A stretch of DNA of 64,000 bases from an uncultured bacterium (GTDB lineage: Bacteria; Arandabacterota; Arandabacteria; Arandabacterales; Arandabacteraceae), in assembly GCA_964598025.1 (NCBI GenBank), contig CAZRAU010000006.1, forward strand, positions 3,600 to 67,599. The letters run 5' to 3'. Position numbers and translations under genes: made by a program. The notes beneath the pieces were generated by a model. That model saw nothing but the letters and a program-made list of their open reading frames with translations, was not told the origin of the DNA and ran no database searches. Positions 17,858 through 26,813 of this stretch are shown in pieces (the stretch's first letter is position 1; each line of letters begins with the position of its first letter).

Positions 17858-19711
17858 CTACTGGGTGTAGCCTACGGAGCGGAGCTCGCGTTCGGTTTCC
17901 TCGTCAAGATTTATAGCGGATGCTTCCTGGTATTGTGATCGCTGCAGCCACAGCAAATAGTAAGGGCCGTCGGGGCGGCCGGCCGGGTTGCCGAGCTCGG
18001 TGGTTTCGCTCTCCGGGGGTGGGGCTTTCTCCGTAAAGGGCATTATCATCGGCTGTGCCAGGGTCTCGCCGATAAAGACGCGCCGGACCGCCGGGTGACC
18101 GTCGATCTTGAGATCGAATTCGATGGGAGCCTCAGTCTGCATCAGTTTGAATGCAAGGATGAGGGGTTCCTTTGCCTCCAAGTCTCGAATTTCGATCACC
18201 GAAGGTTCGATCGCGGCCGTGCCGACAGCGCCCGTTCTGAAGATGCTGCCTCTGCTGTCGATCATCTTGTGAAACCGGAAATGCCCGGCGCCACGTGCAG
18301 CTTCAGAGGTAACACGGAGGTCAAAAATGTGGGGCTCGTCTCCCCCCGCTATTTCCAAGAACCAGGTGTCGGAGATATTAAGCAGAGTTCTGTAGAGCGT
18401 CTGCTCCAGCAGGTCGAGGGATTCGATGGGTTCGCGGGAAAGGTCGGTGATCTCACCGGGATCCTCGGCCAAGTTGAAGCAAGCGATCTCGTCCTTATTG
18501 ATGTTATAGATCAGCTTCCAGGGAAACGCGGACAGGCTTGTTCGCTCGTCACCGTAGAGAGTCGCCTCGGACAAAGCGATCTCAGGAGGAAGAAGGGATG
18601 CCCCGGCCTGAGCCGGCCTCCCGCTGCCGGCAATCAAGGGTAATACACTTACGCCTTCAGGTTCGCCCCAGGGTGTAATGCCCAGCATCTCGAGAATTGT
18701 CGGCTGAACATCCAGTAACCTGATCTGCCGGGCTATTCTGCTTCCCTCAGGCAGCACATCGGGAAGAGAAAGCACCACGGGGACCTTTATGAGCTCGTCA
18801 TAGAGCGAATGGCCGTGCTCGAAACCGTGGTGTTCGAAGAACTCCTCGCCATGGTCGCTTAAGAAAACGATCAAGGTGTTGTCCGTGAGACCACGCTCAT
18901 CGAGTCCCCTCAAAAGATTCCCCACCGCCTCATCCATAAAGGCGATCTCGCCGTCATAGAGCGACCTGATGCGGTTCCAGTCGGCGTCCGAAAGGGATTC
19001 CATCTGCGCGAATTCCTCATCCCTGAACTTGGGGAGCTCCTTGGGGTTATAAGGGCTCTTGATCGTGCCGGTGTATTCCGGGTCGAAGATGGAGTCAAAC
19101 GGCGCCGGGGGGTCATATGGTATATGGGGATCAAAATAGTGTGCAAACATGAAGAAGGGCCGGTCGCTGTTCTCCTCTATCCACGCCAGGGCATCCCTGG
19201 TTGTGCCATCGGCGGCCCTGCCCTCGGGTGGTGTCATGTAGTAGAAATCGAACCCTCGGGCCACCCCGTGATGTCCTTTGAGATAGGGCGCGTTGACAAC
19301 GGCTCCGGTTGCATAGCCGTTTGCCTGAAGGAGTGCCGCAAGCGTGGGTATGTTCTCCCTCAAGGCTTTCCGGGAGCCGTTGGCCCCGTGTTGGGTGGGG
19401 TAAAGCGACGTGAAGACTGTGGCAAAAGACGGGAGTGTCCACGGAGACGGGGCCACCACATTCTCGAACAAGACCCCTCCCGCAGCAAGTTCATCGATAT
19501 TGGGACTGGTATTGCGCTCATAGCCGTAACAGCCCAGGTGGTCGCGTCTCAGCGTGTCCACGCCTATCAGCACAAGGTTCGGCCGGGGCTTTCCCTCACC
19601 GCATGCGAGACAAAGGCAAAGGCCCGGAAGCAGACACAGACGCAGGCCGAGCCTCAGCCCCGGTTTCAATCTCACTTGCAGGCCACCTTGTCCAGAGCGG
19701 AATGTCATCAT
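17858..19711 (-). CDS. Sulfatase-like hydrolase/transferase, probable lipoprotein, with extra C-terminal domain
   Basis: LIGVDTLRRDHLG, SPWTLPS, HYFDPH, YDGEI, SDHGE, HGHSLY, VPV; ends ELRSVGY; LACG lipobox. Confidence 0.88.
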   Translation of the reverse strand: MMTFRSGQGGLQVRLKPGLRLGLRLCLLPGLCLCLACGEGKPRPNLVLIGVDTLRRDHLGCYGYERNTSPNIDELAAGGVLFENVVAPSPWTLPSFATVFTSLYPTQHGANGSRKALRENIPTLAALLQANGYATGAVVNAPYLKGHHGVARGFDFYYMTPPEGRAADGTTRDALAWIEENSDRPFFMFAHYFDPHIPYDPPAPFDSIFDPEYTGTIKSPYNPKELPKFRDEEFAQMESLSDADWNRIRSLYDGEIAFMDEAVGNLLRGLDERGLTDNTLIVFLSDHGEEFFEHHGFEHGHSLYDELIKVPVVLSLPDVLPEGSRIARQIRLLDVQPTILEMLGITPWGEPEGVSVLPLIAGSGRPAQAGASLLPPEIALSEATLYGDERTSLSAFPWKLIYNINKDEIACFNLAEDPGEITDLSREPIESLDLLEQTLYRTLLNISDTWFLEIAGGDEPHIFDLRVTSEAARGAGHFRFHKMIDSRGSIFRTGAVGTAAIEPSVIEIRDLEAKEPLILAFKLMQTEAPIEFDLKIDGHPAVRRVFIGETLAQPMIMPFTEKAPPPESETTELGNPAGRPDGPYYLLWLQRSQYQEASAINLDEETERELRSVGYTQ

Positions 19712-19766
19712 CTCACCAACCCTAGAATATATTGTATGCCGCCCGTCTTCACACCCCTTTTTTGGC

Positions 19767-19795
19767 TTGACTTCCGCACAGGCCTGGGGTAGGCT
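19767..19795 (+). promoter_or_regulatory. Sigma70-type promoter of the LTD protein gene
   Basis: TTGACT-17 nt-TAGGCT. Confidence 0.6.
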
Positions 19796-19900
19796 CCTTA
19801 ACGGACCTCGGGGAAAGGAGGTGATGATGCGGAAGTGAGAGGTTCAACAACTGAATAAAGAGGGCTTGAGTAGCAAAGCAAGTGATGGGAGGTTGTGGAT

Positions 19901-21307
19901 ATGCGGTACGCTTTGCATTTTTGTATGTTGGCCCTCCTTGTAGCCTCCGCAGTATTCCCCTCGGCATCGGATGCCGGCCTTGCGATCAACGAATTCCTTC
20001 CCGCCCCGGGAAGTGATTGGGATGGTGATGCCGATGCCGACTCCAAGAAAGATGAATGGGCCGAAGTTGTGAACTCGGGCTCATCATCGCTGGACCTTAG
20101 CGGGTATCTCTTGCTCAACGGAACCGACAGGCGGCCGGTATATGGTTTCTCGGGGAGCCTGGGGCCCGGAGAGTTTGCGGCCGTCTATGGAAGTGAGGCC
20201 TCGGCCTGGGAGAGTGAGACCGGCCACTCTTCGATCGGGTTGAGCCTGAATAACAGTGGTGATATGCTCTGGCTTGTTTCCGTCTCAACAGGCGACACGG
20301 TGGTCGTTGATTCGGTCTCATATGCTTCAGGGGCCGTAGGCTACGATGTCTCGGTGGGACGCTTGCAGGACGGTACCGGTCCCTGGGCCCTCTATGACCA
20401 CTTCTTGCCCAAGGGCGGAACCGACGGTGACCCCACTCCTGGGGCGTCCAACTCCTCGGATCCACCGCCCCATATCTTCCGGGTTGCGCGGGATCCGTTG
20501 TACCCGACCTCGGCCGACAGCACCACAATGACGGTCGAGGCAGGCAGTGCATCGGGCATCCTCCAGGTCCTTCTGGCGTATGACATAAACCTGGAAGACG
20601 GGGAAGAACCGGTGATGGACCTGGTCTCAGGGGCGTCGGATCTGGGCACTTGGGCATACACCATCCTGCCGTGCGCGGCGGGTGACACTGTCCACTATCG
20701 GTTCTCAGTTCTTGGGCTTGCTTCATCGACCATCACGCCCTGGATGGGCTATCGGGTAAGGAGCGGGAGCCTCCAAGTGAGGCTCAACGAGATTCTGGCA
20801 GACCCGCCCGCGGACCTTGAAGGTGATGCCAACAGGGACGGTGCGCGCGATGCGGCCGACGACGAATTCATAGAGATCGTCAACTGCGGCGCGACGGAGG
20901 TGGACCTGTGCGGCTGGAGTCTGACCGATGCGACCTCGGTGAGACACGTCTTCTCCGATTCGGCTTCGGTTCTGGCTTCCGGCGAGTTTGTGACCGTTTT
21001 CGGCGGTGGTGCACCGACGGGCTTTGTAGGAAAGGTGTTCACCGCTTCAAGCGGAGGCCTCGGTCTGGCCAACAGTGGGGATGTCGTCTATCTCCTGGAT
21101 GATACCGGAGCGCTCGTCGATGTCCACTCCTATGGGGGCGAGGGGGGCGATGATGAGGCGATGCTAAGGTACCCGGACTGTGGGGATACCTGGATGTTGT
21201 GTTCCGAGGCGGGCCTGGATGCCGCCTTCACGCCGCAGGAGCCCAACGCCCCCCAAAGTGCGGTGTCCGGGACCACCTGGGGCAACATAAAGTCCTTGTT
21301 CAGGTAA
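19901..21307 (+). CDS. Secreted protein with two lamin-tail (LTD)-like domains and C-terminal TWGxIK motif
   Basis: Signal peptide; INEFL...DEWAEVVN and LNEILAD...DEFIEIVN repeats, LNNSGD/LANSGD, PTPG; ends SGTTWGNIKSLFR. Confidence 0.88.
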   Translation: MRYALHFCMLALLVASAVFPSASDAGLAINEFLPAPGSDWDGDADADSKKDEWAEVVNSGSSSLDLSGYLLLNGTDRRPVYGFSGSLGPGEFAAVYGSEASAWESETGHSSIGLSLNNSGDMLWLVSVSTGDTVVVDSVSYASGAVGYDVSVGRLQDGTGPWALYDHFLPKGGTDGDPTPGASNSSDPPPHIFRVARDPLYPTSADSTTMTVEAGSASGILQVLLAYDINLEDGEEPVMDLVSGASDLGTWAYTILPCAAGDTVHYRFSVLGLASSTITPWMGYRVRSGSLQVRLNEILADPPADLEGDANRDGARDAADDEFIEIVNCGATEVDLCGWSLTDATSVRHVFSDSASVLASGEFVTVFGGGAPTGFVGKVFTASSGGLGLANSGDVVYLLDDTGALVDVHSYGGEGGDDEAMLRYPDCGDTWMLCSEAGLDAAFTPQEPNAPQSAVSGTTWGNIKSLFR

Positions 21308-21341
21308 GCGCTGCGCCGGCTTCTGCCGGAATTCCCGGGCG

Positions 21342-21367
21342 AAAGGGGGACTGACGTCCCCCTTTTT
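21342..21367 (+). terminator. Intrinsic terminator
   Basis: AAAGGGGGAC-TGAC-GTCCCCCTTT followed by further T residues. Confidence 0.85.
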
Positions 21368-21456
21368 GCTTGAGACCTTCCTGTTCCGGTATATTATGGA
21401 GGAGGCAAGAATGCGGGATGCCACTACCATAGTGATCTTGCGGGAGGTGGTGAGAA

Positions 21457-21951
21457 TTGGATGCAATAGAAGCACTGAAGTCAAGAAGAAGTGTCAGGGT
21501 CTATGAGGAGAAACCTGTCCCCAAGGAGATAATCGTGGAGATCATAGACACTGCGAGGCTTGCCCCGTCCGCCAACAACATCCAACCGTGGGAGTTCGTG
21601 GTCGTGACGGAACCGGAGACCAGGAGGAAGATAGCCGCTCTTACCGATTACGGGACGTTCATCGCCCAGTCGGGTGCTTGTGTCGCGGTGTTCGCCAAGG
21701 GGGTGAAACACTATCTCGAAGACGGTTCGGCCGCGACTGAGAACATTCTGGTGGCGGCACATGCCTTGGGTCTAGGCACGTGCTGGGTGGCCGGTTATAA
21801 GAAGGACTATGCCGGACCCGTAGCGAGGCTTCTAGGTATCCCGGACGGCCATTATCTGGTAGCCCTGATCTCGTTGGGATACCCGGCGGAGAAGCCTGAG
21901 GCCCACGGCAAGCGGGAGCTTGCCGATGTGCTCCACTGGGAGAGGTTCTAG
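21457..21951 (+). CDS. Nitroreductase family protein
   Basis: SRRSVRVY, APSANNIQPWEF, ENILVAAHALGLGTCWV, LGYP. Confidence 0.93.
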   Translation: MDAIEALKSRRSVRVYEEKPVPKEIIVEIIDTARLAPSANNIQPWEFVVVTEPETRRKIAALTDYGTFIAQSGACVAVFAKGVKHYLEDGSAATENILVAAHALGLGTCWVAGYKKDYAGPVARLLGIPDGHYLVALISLGYPAEKPEAHGKRELADVLHWERF

Positions 21952-22006
21952 AGGCCCGGACTGTTCACGAAGCGTGTGTGAAGATCCGGGCCACAGGGGG
22001 TGGACC

Positions 22007-22303
22007 ATGGCGGTAGCGGAGATCAGCGTGGTTCCGGTAGGTACCGGAAACGCCAGCATAAGCGACTACGTTGCAAGGGCCTTCAAGATCGTGAAGGAAA
22101 GCGGTCTCAAGTACGAACTCTCCTCGATGGCCACGAATCTAGAGGGTGACATACCCGACATCATGGAGGTGGCAAGGAAGATCCACGAGAGCGCTTTCGA
22201 GCAAGGTGCGGTCAGAGTACTTACCTCGCTCAAAATAGACGACAGGCGCGACAAACCGCTGACCATGGACGGCAAGCGAGATGCGGTGATGAAAAGGGTG
22301 TGA
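22007..22303 (+). CDS. MTH1187/YkoF-like thiamine-binding protein
   Basis: AEISVVPVG, SGLKYEL, TNLEG, KIDDRRDK. Confidence 0.9.
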   Translation: MAVAEISVVPVGTGNASISDYVARAFKIVKESGLKYELSSMATNLEGDIPDIMEVARKIHESAFEQGAVRVLTSLKIDDRRDKPLTMDGKRDAVMKRV

Positions 22304-22437
22304 CCCGGTGCCCACCCCGCCACCTCGGCATTGCAGGTTTCTTGCCGAAGCATGACCGGCCACCTGCAATGCACGGGACTCGGGCGTTATCACACTGGGG
22401 TGGGGGCTATGCGAAGCTGCCTGAACCTCTATGGTCG

Positions 22438-23019
22438 TCAGGGTGTGGTGCCTGGCTTGAAGGTCCGGGTGCTCGTGAGCTTGTTATCCCGGAATATGAA
22501 CTGCTTACCGTCCTCCGCATAGATCCATCTCTCAACCACTGCTCCGGCTCTGTCCTCACGATAGCGATTTGAAGGGTTGCCATAGGTATCGTAGATTTCC
22601 TTCTTGTCGCCCTCGAGTCCCGCGACCCAGTACGCCGCCCTGAATTCCCGCCTGTCCCGTTTGCCGTGGACTTCAATCAGGGTCTCAAGCAGCTCTTCGC
22701 GAGTCATCTCCTTCGGAGGGGTTGGCCCTGCCTCTGCAGGCACCGCTTCCTCCTCCGTAGGGGTTACTTCAGCCTCGGAAGTAGTATCCGCTTTGGGATT
22801 AACCACATCTTCCAGATGGACTCCCTCTTCCGGGGCAATCTCCTCTTCCGGAGCAAGCTCTTCCTCGGGAGCGATCTCCCCTTCGGGGGTCACCTCCTCC
22901 TCGGCTGTAAGGTCCTCTTCTTCGGAGGGGCTTTTGGTGTCCCGGGCAAGGGACTGACCACAAAAGGCCAAACCAAGAATCAGCAGCAGAGACAGGAACG
23001 CGACTTCAAGCTTCATCAT
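22438..23019 (-). CDS. Exported protein with acidic hexapeptide repeats and a BamE/SmpA-like C-terminal domain
   Basis: Signal peptide; EEEVTP/EGEIAP/EEELAP/EEEIAP; YGNPS...ERWIY...FIFRDNKL. Confidence 0.7.
   Translation of the reverse strand: MMKLEVAFLSLLLILGLAFCGQSLARDTKSPSEEEDLTAEEEVTPEGEIAPEEELAPEEEIAPEEGVHLEDVVNPKADTTSEAEVTPTEEEAVPAEAGPTPPKEMTREELLETLIEVHGKRDRREFRAAYWVAGLEGDKKEIYDTYGNPSNRYREDRAGAVVERWIYAEDGKQFIFRDNKLTSTRTFKPGTTP
22825..22920. repeat. Imperfect 18-bp tandem repeat (about 5 units), coding
   Basis: ctcttccggggcaatctc / ctcttccggagcaagctc / ttcctcgggagcgatctc ... Confidence 0.8.
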
Positions 23020-23149
23020 GACTCATCCCTCCCACACCAGTAGGATATCACATCCGCCGGATCGGTTCAATGCTGTCCATCAAAGGTCTACTATGAATGA
23101 CATCGGGAATAGGAACAGACAACTTGACCCGATATGGCACATCCCCCAC

Positions 23150-23374
23150 TCACATGGCACCTCTCCACACCTGCGGGGATTCAGGCGGCTTCGGTTCCGG
23201 CTGCTCGTCCTGAGCGGGCTCTGCCGCAGTTTCAACACTAATGGGCTCTGCCGTGAGGACCATTTCCACCTCGGCCGGCCGCAATGACCTGACGACCGAC
23301 GAAATGAAGAGGTAGGACACCACGACCAGAGCGATGATGACCAGATATCCTCTGAAAGAGCTGCTCCTGCTCAT
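23150..23374 (-). CDS. Small single-TM hypothetical protein at the end of the pilin operon
   Basis: GGAGG RBS; 4-nt overlap with upstream stop; TM followed by Pro/Glu-rich tail. Confidence 0.6.
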   Translation of the reverse strand: MSRSSSFRGYLVIIALVVVSYLFISSVVRSLRPAEVEMVLTAEPISVETAAEPAQDEQPEPKPPESPQVWRGAM

Positions 23375-24996
23375 ACCTCCCTCCAGACTGTAGTATGCGG
23401 TACCGGCCTATCTATCTTGAACACAGAGGTGAGCGGGTAATATGGGGGTTCGAGGCCTCTACGGTCGTAGCTGAAGTGCCTTCCGTATCCTGTACTGGAA
23501 CCATAACTTGTGAATGTTCCAAAAGCGCCGTAGTACCGCTGCACGGCGCCGCCTCGCAGATGTACCTGGCCCCTGTAGCCACCGTGATTGTAATTGTCCA
23601 CTTTGAAAGCGCCGTCTTCGCCGGCCGCAAACACGAATGCATCGATCATCAGCTCGTTGGGTGCCGATGTGGTTATCCTGACATCACCCCCGGAGGAGTA
23701 AAGCCCGAGAATCCCGACCCCGTTCTCGATATCCTCGTAGACAATATCGCTCTCTACAAGTATGTCGTCCTCGGCGGTGACGGTCACCTGGGTATCTTCT
23801 TCTATGGTCGGGACCGGAGCGCCGCTCACCCTTGGCCCTCCTCCGACCTGTTGCATGCTCCCGGTGCCGTATATCATCCCTCGGGGTAGACCCGCATAGA
23901 ACGTGGAATCCGTGCCGGCATAAACCTTGGTTCGGTTGTTTTTCTTATCGAGGACCACTGTCTTTGTGGTGCCGTTGTCATGGATCAGCAGGTAGTTCTG
24001 GAATCCATCAGCATCGATTGAGAACTTGAGCTTGTCCAGATCGCCGACCACGTATATGCCGCCTTTGACGGACGTGGTGTCGTTCGGCACGTAGATCCCC
24101 TCAGGGATGGGCGCGGGATCGAGCGGATCCAACCCTAGCGCTGTCTTCCTCTGGGCAGTTGAGAGTTCCGCGGTATTCGTCGCTGAGTAACCGAGCGCCG
24201 CCCTCTCCTGACTGAAGGAGTTCTCAGGCAAAGCGATCTCGTCGACACCTCGGTCGAAGCCCCCATAAAAATTGGGCACATCCCGGTCTCCATTTCGGTC
24301 CGCATTGAGGTTTATGGGGTGGCCGTTATTGTAATAGGATGCCGTCAGAGGTACGGATGTCACAAGATCCTCGAAGGTCGGGAAGTAGGCGAACCTCAGT
24401 CTCCCGTTACTGTGCACACGACCGTCGAAGTAGCCGGTCGTGTGGAACCAGATCTCGGAGCCTTCCGGCGTATAGTGAACATCTGTGAATACCAGATAGT
24501 CGGCGAACGAGCCTCGGGACGCGCTGAGTCTGAGGACGCCCTTGGATACTATGTTGCTGCTGCCGCCGAGGAATGAGTTTCCCGTCGCAACCGAGACATA
24601 GTTGTAGTTAAATGTCTGGCTGGTCGAAATGAGCATGCTGTCGGCGAACTCGAACGTGGTGACTGCCCCGAAACCAAGATCATCGCTTTCATAGCTCAGC
24701 CCCCCGGAGGGAAAGAAATCAAGGGGGTCGGTTATTATCGGTCCGGTTCCGGACCAGACGCCCATCAAGCTCTCCATCCTGGCCTGGCTGAAGTCGGTCA
24801 TCTGTTGTTTGGCCACCTCGACGGCTGAATCGCAGCTATAAAGGGCCTGCTTCGCGACTCTGTCGTTAAGCGTTATGCCCTTCTCCGTAACGGACAGGCT
24901 TACGATGGCCACGACCATGCCGGAGATGAGCATGGTGAGGACGAGCGCGATGACGAGCGCGGTGCCCGATTCCCCTTTGAGTACTGAGTGTCCCAT
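23371..24996 (-). CDS. PilX-like minor pilin with large DUF4900-like C-terminal domain
   Basis: GESG|TALVIALVLTML, KQALYSCDSAVE PilX-N motif; FDGRVHSNG, LRGGAVQRYYG, RHFSYDRR. Confidence 0.85.
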   Translation of the reverse strand: MGHSVLKGESGTALVIALVLTMLISGMVVAIVSLSVTEKGITLNDRVAKQALYSCDSAVEVAKQQMTDFSQARMESLMGVWSGTGPIITDPLDFFPSGGLSYESDDLGFGAVTTFEFADSMLISTSQTFNYNYVSVATGNSFLGGSSNIVSKGVLRLSASRGSFADYLVFTDVHYTPEGSEIWFHTTGYFDGRVHSNGRLRFAYFPTFEDLVTSVPLTASYYNNGHPINLNADRNGDRDVPNFYGGFDRGVDEIALPENSFSQERAALGYSATNTAELSTAQRKTALGLDPLDPAPIPEGIYVPNDTTSVKGGIYVVGDLDKLKFSIDADGFQNYLLIHDNGTTKTVVLDKKNNRTKVYAGTDSTFYAGLPRGMIYGTGSMQQVGGGPRVSGAPVPTIEEDTQVTVTAEDDILVESDIVYEDIENGVGILGLYSSGGDVRITTSAPNELMIDAFVFAAGEDGAFKVDNYNHGGYRGQVHLRGGAVQRYYGAFGTFTSYGSSTGYGRHFSYDRRGLEPPYYPLTSVFKIDRPVPHTTVWREV

Positions 24997-24997
24997 T

Positions 24998-25864
24998 TCA
25001 CAAACACCTCGGTTTTGCAGTGGAAGAAAGCCTCGTTGTCGGTTTGTCAAGACTCGAATCTGACGACGCCTCTATGGTCAGTATTACCGACTCTATGAGC
25101 GATGGGTTGGAGGGATAGGTCACTATGGTTTGATCCTTGAGCCCGTACTGCAGTTCGAGATGGCGTACATGGTCGCTGATCACCCTGGGTTCCTGTCCTT
25201 CTACATGCCGCATGATACTGCTGCGGTTGCTATCGGAGGTATCGATGTAATAGCTCACCATCTGCATCTTGATGACCTGGCTGTTGACGGGATACCCCCC
25301 CGGCGGCCAGTGGCTGTGCCCGCTTACGATGTTGTAAGGTGAGCTTGTGTCGTGAAAGAGATCTCTCCCTTCTATGCCGGTGATCTGGAAGAGATTCGCA
25401 AAAGGGCCGCTTGTCACGGCTACGAGAGCACCGACCTCGAAGCCGTCATTGCTGTGGACCTCAATGGCATTCTGGGGCAGGAGCATGGGTTGACGGAGGG
25501 ACGTCTCCACGTCGTCGAGTTGTCCGAGAATCGTGAGATTCCCGGAGGTATCCGGGTTCACCGGGTACAGAGTCAGCGAATCACCGGATGCATCGGAGGT
25601 GACTATGGGTATCGCAAGCCCGCTCCCGGCCATACGGATCTCGCGGATCAGGAAATCGAGGGCGGATCTCGCGTTCTGCCTTGCCTCAACGGCATTGTAG
25701 GTTTTGTCACGGGACTGCTCGTTTCTGCCCAAAATACCCATGAGAACCCCAATCACCGTCACGAATACCAGCCCGGCAATCATGACTTCAATCAGGGTGA
25801 ACCCATGTTCGTTCAAGCGCATGCGATGCGTGAATCTGCTTTCGTGTCTAGTCATTCCAATCAC
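24998..25864 (-). CDS. PilW-like prepilin
   Basis: HG|FTLIEVMIAG N-methylation motif; ARSALDFLIREIRMAG; exact start uncertain (25864/25855/25822). Confidence 0.88.
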   Translation of the reverse strand: MIGMTRHESRFTHRMRLNEHGFTLIEVMIAGLVFVTVIGVLMGILGRNEQSRDKTYNAVEARQNARSALDFLIREIRMAGSGLAIPIVTSDASGDSLTLYPVNPDTSGNLTILGQLDDVETSLRQPMLLPQNAIEVHSNDGFEVGALVAVTSGPFANLFQITGIEGRDLFHDTSSPYNIVSGHSHWPPGGYPVNSQVIKMQMVSYYIDTSDSNRSSIMRHVEGQEPRVISDHVRHLELQYGLKDQTIVTYPSNPSLIESVILTIEASSDSSLDKPTTRLSSTAKPRCL

Positions 25865-26265
25865 CTTCCGGCGCTAGCGAGCACCGCCCAGAGGCTGACG
25901 CTGTCCTGGGAATAAGTGTACCAGGCTATCTTGACTATCACCTTCTTACATCCTGCAATGGGTTGGTCTTCATAGACAGTCCAAGTCCTGTCAAAGACGC
26001 CGTTGATTGGATTGGCAATGTCATCATGCACGTAGGTGGCGTCAAGATCGGGGTCATCATATGCAAGTGTGTGGAGATCCTCCAGCTTCTCCTGGGCCAT
26101 CTGCAGCGCTTTGGTCGTCACTCCGGACTTCCCCACATCGCGAGTGGTGCTGGGGAAGATAATGGAGAGCCCCATTATACCGATGGCCACCACAGTGAGT
26201 GCGACGACCACCTCTATCAATGTGAACCCCTGCTGATTCTTCGTTATCTGCGGTTTTCGCATCAT
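25861..26265 (-). CDS. PilV-like prepilin
   Basis: QG|FTLIEVVVALTVVAIG; ALQMAQEKLE. Confidence 0.88.
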   Translation of the reverse strand: MMRKPQITKNQQGFTLIEVVVALTVVAIGIMGLSIIFPSTTRDVGKSGVTTKALQMAQEKLEDLHTLAYDDPDLDATYVHDDIANPINGVFDRTWTVYEDQPIAGCKKVIVKIAWYTYSQDSVSLWAVLASAGR

Positions 26266-26271
26266 GACGGA

Positions 26272-26769
26272 TCACTCCACTCTTGTTTGACCGCTGGCCG
26301 TAATCGACACTTTTCTCCTGCTCATGTGTTCGCTATCCGAGATCTCCACATATCCACCGGTCGTCCCGTCCTTAAGTGTTCCTCTTGGGAAGAAGATCAC
26401 CACGCCCGCCGGATCCAGGTTGATGTCGGTAAGGGAGAAGTCGCCACGGAGTTCCCTTGTCCTCACCACTTCCTCACCCGTATCAATCTGCCCGTTTCCG
26501 CTGTTTGCCGGCGTACCGGAACCGTCGTCTTTGAACTCCGTGTAGCTATTGTCGTCAGTATCGAATAGGACCGAATAGGGTACGGAGCCGGCAATCGCCT
26601 TCTGCCTGGCGTGCCAAAGATCGGCGGACAGTTGCTTCGTGGTCGCCTTGAGCCCCGCGGATCTGCCGAAAGAGCCCATCGCCATTACCGAGACAGCTGC
26701 CAGTATTCCCATTATTGCTACGACGACCATCAGCTCGATTATCGTGAAACCTCGCTGTCCTCTTTCCAT
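26272..26769 (-). CDS. FimT/GspH-like prepilin
   Basis: RG|FTIIELMVVVAIMGILA; ADLWHARQKAI; IFFPRG; GGAGGT RBS. Confidence 0.88.
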   Translation of the reverse strand: MERGQRGFTIIELMVVVAIMGILAAVSVMAMGSFGRSAGLKATTKQLSADLWHARQKAIAGSVPYSVLFDTDDNSYTEFKDDGSGTPANSGNGQIDTGEEVVRTRELRGDFSLTDINLDPAGVVIFFPRGTLKDGTTGGYVEISDSEHMSRRKVSITASGQTRVE

Positions 26770-26797
26770 TTGATTCCACCTCCGCTCAGCATGATAA

Positions 26798-26813
26798 TGC
26801 AAAGTTCATGCCT
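26798..26813 (-). promoter_or_regulatory. Sigma54 (-24/-12) promoter of the pilin operon
   Basis: Minus strand AGGCATGAACTTTGCA: GG-N10-GC with TTGC, about 30 nt upstream of the ATG. Confidence 0.75.

Noticed and set aside
22825-22920. Regular repeats as a possible CRISPR array
   Set aside because: 18-bp units without spacers, in frame within a coding region; no cas genes
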